From a virus (taxonomy: Duplodnaviria; Caudoviricetes): a stretch of DNA of 58,174 nt. The stretch lies in IMG/VR virus record IMGVR_UViG_3300018914_000034, positions 1-58,174 of that record. One strand, given 5' to 3'. A program made the translations under genes and the position numbers. A model generated the notes under the pieces. It was not told where the DNA came from, did not search any database, and saw only the letters and a program-made list of their open reading frames with translations. Positions 52,543-58,174 of this stretch are shown here, piece after piece; position 1 is the first letter of the stretch; each line of letters starts with the position of its first letter.

Positions 52543-53661
52543 ATGCCCCCGCACGACTACCCTTATGTCAGCAGCTATTTCGACCGCCATGGCAAGGAAC
52601 GGTGGCGGTTCCGCCGTGCGGGCAAGACCGTCAGCCTGCCCGGAAAGCCCGGAGACCCGGCCTTTGAGGCAGCTTACCAGGCCATCGTTGAGGGCCGGCC
52701 TGTCCAGAAGGCCAAGGTCGAGCGACTGCCCACGTCGGCAGCGCCGCGCTCTCTTCGCGCCGCATGGCGAATCGTCACCACCCGCACGCCCGAGTGGCAG
52801 GCGATGGAGCCAGAAACCCAAGCCCGGCAGAAGAAGATCGCTGAGGATTTCCTGAGAAGCCCCGTGGTCGAGGGGCAAAAGATCACCTGGGGCGAGATCC
52901 CGCTCGACCAGCTCGAGCGCCGGCACGTTCGCACGATTCTGGCCGACCGCAGTGATACCCCACATGCCGCGCGCCATCTTCTCACGATCCTGCGCAAGAT
53001 GATCCTGGCCGGCCTCGATGAGGATTGGATCAAGAACGATCCGACCTATCGGCTGAAGTACCGGCCTGCTTACAAGGGCTGGAGGGCCTGGACGGAGGAA
53101 GAGCGCGCCGCCTTCGAGAAGCGCTGGCCGATCGGAACGACGCCCCGGCTCGCCTATGCCCTCGCGCTCTGGCTTGGCAACCGCCGGGCCGATGTCTGCG
53201 CCTTGCGGCCGGACCAGCGCTTTACGGGCACGCGAATCGGCCCCGACGGAGCCGAGATCCACTACGACGAGTTCCGCTTCGAGCAGGGCAAGACCGGCCG
53301 TACCCTCGTGCTGCCCGTGACACCGATGCTGCAGGAGGTCCTTGCGGCGGCCGACCTCTCCGGCCCAACGGTCCTGAAGACGGCCTACGGCAAGCCCTTC
53401 TCGGTCAAGTCACTGACCGGTCGCATGCGGGACTGGACGCGCTCGGCCGGGCTGCCGCAGGGATGCACCCTGCACGGGCTACGGAAGACGCTGGGCAAGA
53501 TGCTGGCGGAGAGCGGCGCAACAACCAGGCAGATCATGGATTCGCTCGGACACACCGATATCGCCCATGCGGAGCTGTATTCGCGCGAGGCTGAACAGGA
53601 ACGCCTAGCACGTGACGCGATGGCCTCGGTGGTTCGACTCGTGCGGCCACAGAGAAAGTAG
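52543..53661 (+). CDS. Tyrosine integrase
   Basis: DRHGK.RW.FRR arm-binding N-terminus; catalytic G.RR.D, QGKT, HGLRK, LGH, LYS. Confidence 0.96.
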   Translation: MPPHDYPYVSSYFDRHGKERWRFRRAGKTVSLPGKPGDPAFEAAYQAIVEGRPVQKAKVERLPTSAAPRSLRAAWRIVTTRTPEWQAMEPETQARQKKIAEDFLRSPVVEGQKITWGEIPLDQLERRHVRTILADRSDTPHAARHLLTILRKMILAGLDEDWIKNDPTYRLKYRPAYKGWRAWTEEERAAFEKRWPIGTTPRLAYALALWLGNRRADVCALRPDQRFTGTRIGPDGAEIHYDEFRFEQGKTGRTLVLPVTPMLQEVLAAADLSGPTVLKTAYGKPFSVKSLTGRMRDWTRSAGLPQGCTLHGLRKTLGKMLAESGATTRQIMDSLGHTDIAHAELYSREAEQERLARDAMASVVRLVRPQRK

Positions 53662-53695
53662 CCACCGCATACATTTCAGGGCCGATTGAAAACCT

Positions 53696-54607
53696 CTACG
53701 GTCCGATAACCCAGGCGTTTCCACGAGAGTTTTCAATGATCTTGAGCGCGTTTGTGCCTTGGAATGATGCCATGAAGGCATGGTGGACGCTCAGGATCGC
53801 CTCCTGCAGATCTTGATCTTCCTCAATCATGCGGATCTTAAGGCCGATGGCTTGGCACTTGTCCGATGGATAGTGTTGGCCGTGCTCAGAAGTACCAGCG
53901 TAGTTCATCAGTTCGTTGACGACCGCCTCTGCTGCAGCTTCTGGATTCTCATCATCGGCGAACATGTTTCCCTGCAGCCAACCCTTCACCATCGATCGAG
54001 CGCCCTCAACAGCCCGTTCGCAGTCCATGATAAAGCCGGGGGGATATTTCGCGAAGACATGCTGCCAGACGACATTCCGGAGCTGATCCTGTCGAATTTC
54101 CTCGATCGCACGGTCGACTTCTGCCAGCACACCCATAGCCGGCAGGCCGCGGATCTGCGGATCCGTTGGGCCTAGAGATGAATGCTTGCCCAGTAGGATC
54201 TCCTTGCCCGCACATGCAATCATCGTTCCGACGCTCATGGCGATCTGGGGAACGACTACTCGGATGTTTCGGCCGACCGTCTTGTAGAGATATTCGACGA
54301 TTGAACGGCCAGCCTCAATGCCACCGCCAGGAGTGTGGAGGAGAAGGTCGAGACCCCGGTTCTTATCGATACCGTGAAGAACGGCCATCATGCCGTTCAT
54401 GTCGAAGTCGCCGACGGCGGCTTCAGGATGTATCCGCCCGTCGACGTCCATCCGATTCAAAAAGCCCGAGTAGTAGGCGATGATCGGCCTACCGGCTCGG
54501 GCTTCTAAACCTGCTAGATATTTTTTTCTGACTTGGTCGTACGGATTGGCAACGCCGCTGGCGCTAAGTTGCTCAATTTCTTGATTGATTTCGTTCCAAG
54601 TTGGCAT
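53696..54607 (-). CDS. SDH-family ClpP-fold serine protease
   Basis: LDLLLHTPGG, PQIAMS.GTMIA (Ser), S.LGP.DPQ, distal H; lower GC. Confidence 0.9.
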   Translation of the reverse strand: MPTWNEINQEIEQLSASGVANPYDQVRKKYLAGLEARAGRPIIAYYSGFLNRMDVDGRIHPEAAVGDFDMNGMMAVLHGIDKNRGLDLLLHTPGGGIEAGRSIVEYLYKTVGRNIRVVVPQIAMSVGTMIACAGKEILLGKHSSLGPTDPQIRGLPAMGVLAEVDRAIEEIRQDQLRNVVWQHVFAKYPPGFIMDCERAVEGARSMVKGWLQGNMFADDENPEAAAEAVVNELMNYAGTSEHGQHYPSDKCQAIGLKIRMIEEDQDLQEAILSVHHAFMASFQGTNALKIIENSRGNAWVIGP

Positions 54608-54785
54608 CAGTCGTACGAACCGTATGTGCGCGAGCTTTAACAGGAGTATAAGCGCTATATCCTGACAGCGAGGTATTCAACCGCTGGGACGCACCAAGAT
54701 CCACAGAAAAGCGGCTGGCATGCGCGAGATCAGCCGTGCTGACGGCGACACCTAGAGCTTGAAGCGTGCGTTCCCGAGTGGTCAT
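54573..54785 (-). CDS. Small hypothetical partner of the SDH protease (70 aa)
   Basis: AGGAG RBS before ATG 54785; overlaps the protease start by 35 nt. Confidence 0.5.
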   Translation of the reverse strand: MTTRERTLQALGVAVSTADLAHASRFSVDLGASQRLNTSLSGYSAYTPVKARAHTVRTTDANLERNQSRN

Positions 54786-55107
54786 ATGAGGCTCCTGTCC
54801 GCTGGTCCTATGCTCTCGTTGACGAGAGGCATTATTCGTTGATTGCTTCTCGCGTATCATGAGGACGCCCTCCGCAACAACTGGCGACAGACAAGTTCCG
54901 AACGGCCATCCGCACAGGTTGTTCCAGTCAAGCTTCTTGATTTTGGTTAATATTTCCTTGCAGCACGTCAGCTCTTACCTCTTGGTGTAGGCCACTTTGG
55001 CTGTGGAAAACCCTGTGCACAACATGTTGTTTGGGGATTTGGGCTTGAAAATCGCCGCACGAGAGACCTGCGGTGCGCCACTCTCTACACAACAGCCCAG
55101 CAGTCGC

Positions 55108-55140
55108 GGCTAACCGCGTGGCTAACCCGGTTGGCTAACC
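55108..55140. repeat. Putative integrase arm-binding sites
   Basis: GGCTAACC at 55108, 55120, 55133; related GTGGTTCGCCAC (366-377, inverted) and GAGCTAACCC (408-417) inside the left end. Confidence 0.7.
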
Positions 55141-55171
55141 ACTATGTAAGCGACTGAAATATAAAGAGAAA

Positions 55172-55188
55172 TGGCGCTCCCTAGGGGA
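55172..55188. repeat. att core, right copy
   Basis: TGGCGCTCCCTAGGGGA, identical to 315..331. Confidence 0.95.
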
Positions 55189-55247
55189 CTCGAACCCCTG
55201 TTTTCGCCGTGAGAGGGCGACGTCCTAGACCGCTAGACGAAGGGAGC
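55172..55247 (-). tRNA. tRNA-Glu (anticodon CTC)
   Basis: GCTCCCTTCGTCTAGCGGTCTAGGACGTCGCCCTCTCACGGCGAAAACAGGGGTTCGAGTCCCCTAGGGAGCGCCA: cloverleaf, TTCGA loop, encoded CCA. Confidence 0.97.
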
Positions 55248-55341
55248 TAGCAAGGTGGAGGCCGCTCGTATAACCACCCTTCTGATTTGCTTCAAGCCCT
55301 TTTGCCGAAAAAAGCGGGGGCGCGACAGAAATGAGGATGCG

Positions 55342-56340
55342 GTGAACGACGCGACCCGGCAGGAATGGATTGTGGATGAGGATGGCGCGGGCGAGCGGCT
55401 GGACCGAGTGCTCGCGCGGCTCCAGGGTAGCCTGTCGCGCAGCCGCCTGCAGGCGCTGATCCGCGACGGCCAAGTCACCCTCGACGGCGCGCCGGTCCTC
55501 GATCCGAACCGCAAGGTCCCCGGCGGGGCCCGCCTCGGGCTCACCGTCCCGCCCCCGGCACCGGCGGAGCCTGCCGGCGAGGCGATGGCTCTCGCCGTCG
55601 TCCACGAGGACGAGGACGTCATCGTCATCGACAAGCCGGCCGGCCTCGTGGTCCACCCGGCGGCAGGGCACGATTCCGGCACCCTCGTGAATGCGCTGAT
55701 CGCCCATTGCGGCGAGAGCCTGTCCGGCATCGGCGGCGTGAAGCGGCCCGGCATCGTGCACCGGCTGGACAAGGACACCTCCGGCCTGCTCGTGGTGGCC
55801 AAGAACGATCTCGCCCATCAGGCGCTCGCGGCGCAGTTTGCCGATCACGGGCGAACGGGCCCCCTGGAGCGCGCCTATCTCGCCATCGCCTGGGGCGTGC
55901 CGGGGCGGCGGCGCGGAACCGTGGAGGCGGCCCTTGCCCGCTCCACGCACAACCGCGAGAAGATCGTCGTGGTGGGCGAGGATCGCGGACGCTACGCCAT
56001 CACGCATTACGAGGTTCTGGAGGATCTGCCGCCGGCGCAGCCGCTGGCGAGCCTGGTGCGGTGCGAGTTGGAGACCGGACGCACCCACCAGATTCGGGTG
56101 CATATGGCCCATCTCGGGCACCCGCTCCTGGGCGATGCCACCTATGGATCCGGATTCAAGACGAAAGCGAACCGCCTCTCGGCCGAGGCCAGGGAGGCCC
56201 TTTCCACCCTGAACCGGCAGGCGCTGCATGCGGCCGTTCTCGGCTTCGAACATCCCCGAAGCGGCAGGCTCCTGCGTTTCGAGAGCCCGCTTCCGCCGGA
56301 TATGGCGGCCCTTCTCACGGCCCTGCGCGGGGGCGCTTAA
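55342..56340 (+). CDS. rluD: RluA-family pseudouridine synthase with S4 domain
   Basis: RLDR.L..SRS..Q.LI S4 domain; KPAGLVVHP, RPGIVHRLDKDTSG, ETGRTHQIRVH, RQALHA; GTG start with GAGGA. Confidence 0.9.
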   Translation: MNDATRQEWIVDEDGAGERLDRVLARLQGSLSRSRLQALIRDGQVTLDGAPVLDPNRKVPGGARLGLTVPPPAPAEPAGEAMALAVVHEDEDVIVIDKPAGLVVHPAAGHDSGTLVNALIAHCGESLSGIGGVKRPGIVHRLDKDTSGLLVVAKNDLAHQALAAQFADHGRTGPLERAYLAIAWGVPGRRRGTVEAALARSTHNREKIVVVGEDRGRYAITHYEVLEDLPPAQPLASLVRCELETGRTHQIRVHMAHLGHPLLGDATYGSGFKTKANRLSAEAREALSTLNRQALHAAVLGFEHPRSGRLLRFESPLPPDMAALLTALRGGA

Positions 56341-56528
56341 GCGTCAATCCGTCGCAAAATGAGGCCACGCTGGCACCCTTGCGGATTTGGAGCGTTCACC
56401 ACGTCTTGAAGCCTGACGCCTCTATTCGGACAAGGCGGGACCGCTTATATAAGCAAGTTGGGCGGCCGGCCAGAGAGGGGGCCGCCTCAGGCTTGCCTCA
56501 TGGTGAGGGAGCCAAAGGAGGAGAGACT

Positions 56529-57419
56529 ATGGCTACAGCGCTTCCGGTGCTTGCCAACGAAGGGGGCCTTTCGCGCTATCTCGACGAGATTCGTCGTTTC
56601 CCCATGCTCGAGCCGCATGAGGAATACATGCTCGCCAAACGCTGGCGCGAGCATGGCGACCGCGAAGCAGCCCACAAGCTCGTCACATCCCACCTGCGCC
56701 TGGTCGCCAAGATCGCCATGGGCTACCGCGGCTATGGCCTGCCGATCAGCGAGGTGGTGTCGGAGGGCAATGTCGGCCTCATGCAGGCCGTCAAGCGCTT
56801 CGAACCCGACAAGGGCTTCCGCCTCGCCACTTATGCCATGTGGTGGATCAAGGCGGCGATTCAAGAATACATCCTGCGGTCCTGGTCGCTCGTGAAGATG
56901 GGCACCACGGCGAACCAGAAGAAGCTGTTCTTCAACCTGCGCAAGGCCAAGGGCCGCATCTCCGCCCTGGAGGAAGGCGACCTGCGTCCGGACCAGGTGA
57001 AGCAGATCGCCACCCAGCTCGGCGTGACCGAGCAGGACGTGGTGGAGATGAACCGCCGCCTCGGCGGCGACGCATCGCTCAACGCCCCCCTGCGGGACGA
57101 GGGCGAGGGCGGCGGCGAATGGCAGGACTGGCTCGTCGATCAGAGCCAGAGCCAGGAGCAGGTGCTCGTCGAGGAGGAGGAGGGCCAGAACCGGCTGAAG
57201 GCCCTGCGCAATGCGCTCTCCGTGCTCAACCCGCGCGAGCGCAGGATCTTCGAGGCACGCCGCCTTTCGGACGACCCGATCACCCTGGAGGAGCTCTCGA
57301 CCGAGTTCGGCGTCTCCCGCGAGCGCGTCCGCCAGATCGAGGTGCGCGCCTTCGAGAAGGTGCAGGAGGCGGTCAAGAAGAACCTGACGCAGATCGAGAC
57401 CTCGTCGGCCGAAGCCTGA
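56529..57419 (+). CDS. rpoH: RNA polymerase sigma-32 factor
   Basis: SHLRLV.KIAMGYRGYGLP, RpoH box QKKLFFNLR, GVSRERVRQIE; AGGAGG RBS. Confidence 0.97.
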   Translation: MATALPVLANEGGLSRYLDEIRRFPMLEPHEEYMLAKRWREHGDREAAHKLVTSHLRLVAKIAMGYRGYGLPISEVVSEGNVGLMQAVKRFEPDKGFRLATYAMWWIKAAIQEYILRSWSLVKMGTTANQKKLFFNLRKAKGRISALEEGDLRPDQVKQIATQLGVTEQDVVEMNRRLGGDASLNAPLRDEGEGGGEWQDWLVDQSQSQEQVLVEEEEGQNRLKALRNALSVLNPRERRIFEARRLSDDPITLEELSTEFGVSRERVRQIEVRAFEKVQEAVKKNLTQIETSSAEA

Positions 57420-57440
57420 GGCCTCAACGGCAAGCCCAAC

Positions 57441-57470
57441 AAAAAAGCCGCGCCTCACGCGCGGCTTTTT
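57441..57470. terminator. Bidirectional terminator between convergent host genes
   Basis: AAAAAAGCCGCGC-CTCAC-GCGCGGCTTTTT. Confidence 0.88.
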
Positions 57471-57491
57471 GCTGTCTGAAACGCTCCCGCC

Positions 57492-58174
57492 CTACTGCCA
57501 CTGGCTGAAGGCGTCGTTGATGATCTGCTCCCCCGAGCCGCCCTTCTCGAAGCTGAGGATCGCGCGCTGGCCCGAGGCCATGCGCACCGGCAGATCGATC
57601 CAGTTGCGGCGCACGAAGAGCTGCGTATTGCGCGCCACATCGCTCTGGAGGTTGGAGAGGCCGATCAGGAACAGGTTTTCGCGCACGGGAACGGGCAGGC
57701 CGGCCACGGGGGTGCCGCGGGCGGCCTCCTCGCTCTTGAACTGGAGCAGGCCCACATCGCGGATCACGCGGGCGGTGTCCCCCTCCCGGGTGGTGAAGGT
57801 GAGCTCGACGGTGTGGGAGGCCGGCAGGGTCGTGTCGAGGTTGCGCCGCAGCACCATCTTCATGGTCAGCCCCGCATCGGGGATCTCCACCTGGGCGATC
57901 ACCGCGCGCTCGAGCGGCTGTCCTTGACCCGGATTGACATTCTCGAGACGCCACGTCACGCGGCCGACCTGGGCCTTGGGAGCCTGCGGGTTGGCCGGGT
58001 CCTCCTCGTAGAAGACGGCGCGCTGCGCCACGCCCGTCTCCTGCCGGGGAGCGGCGGGAGCCGAGGAGGCCGGCGGGGGAGCCTGACCGCCCACCCGCTC
58101 GTTGATCTTGGACTCGGCCGGAGGGGCCGGGGGAGCTTCCGCCACGGGCGTCTCGGGGGGCAGGTTCTCCGGCC
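57492..58174 (-). CDS. C-terminal part of a conserved Rhizobiales hypothetical protein (truncated)
   Basis: Open to the window edge; Pro-rich linker then QRAVFYEED..G.V.W..RRN.D.TLPASH domain. Confidence 0.8.
   Translation of the reverse strand, partial: PENLPPETPVAEAPPAPPAESKINERVGGQAPPPASSAPAAPRQETGVAQRAVFYEEDPANPQAPKAQVGRVTWRLENVNPGQGQPLERAVIAQVEIPDAGLTMKMVLRRNLDTTLPASHTVELTFTTREGDTARVIRDVGLLQFKSEEAARGTPVAGLPVPVRENLFLIGLSNLQSDVARNTQLFVRRNWIDLPVRMASGQRAILSFEKGGSGEQIINDAFSQWQ

Larger units (their letters stand above)
315..55188. mobile_element. Complete temperate prophage (lambda-like head/cos, P2-like contractile tail) integrated in tRNA-Glu
   Basis: 17-bp direct repeat at both ends; integrase/xis, repressor, replication, packaging, head, tail and lysis modules all present with open frames. 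Confidence 0.96.

Noticed and set aside
55707-56528. Apparent 274-aa N-terminal extension of RpoH
   Set aside because: Out-of-frame overlap with rluD with non-protein-like composition; strong RBS at ATG 56529.

Overview
The window is almost entirely one apparently complete ~54.9 kb temperate prophage (315..55188) in a GC-rich Rhizobiales chromosome (Microvirga/Methylobacterium-like by gene content; inference). It is integrated in the 3' end of a tRNA-Glu(CTC) gene, with a 17-bp att core duplicated at 315..331 and 55172..55188. It combines a lambda-like cos/terminase/portal/ClpP/decoration/capsid head with a P2-like contractile tail and two fibre genes, plus a CHAP-type lysis cassette, a split primase + P4/D5 helicase with a mirror-symmetric iteron origin, and a cI/cro switch with readable operators. 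An early operon carries an HD hydrolase, a beta-clamp, DUF5131, ParB, xis and int. Cargo includes hicAB, several membrane proteins, a LexA-box-preceded Zn-ribbon operon and an SDH/ClpP-fold protease with a small partner gene. Host genes on the right are rluD-like, rpoH and a truncated conserved gene. The most unusual signal: three antisense cargo insertions inside phage operons are each spanned end to end by an operon-strand ORF whose start overlaps the upstream stop and whose stop overlaps the downstream start ('bridge ORFs'). One of these runs 524 codons across three phase-locked genes. All calls are from visual motif recognition only; no searches were run.
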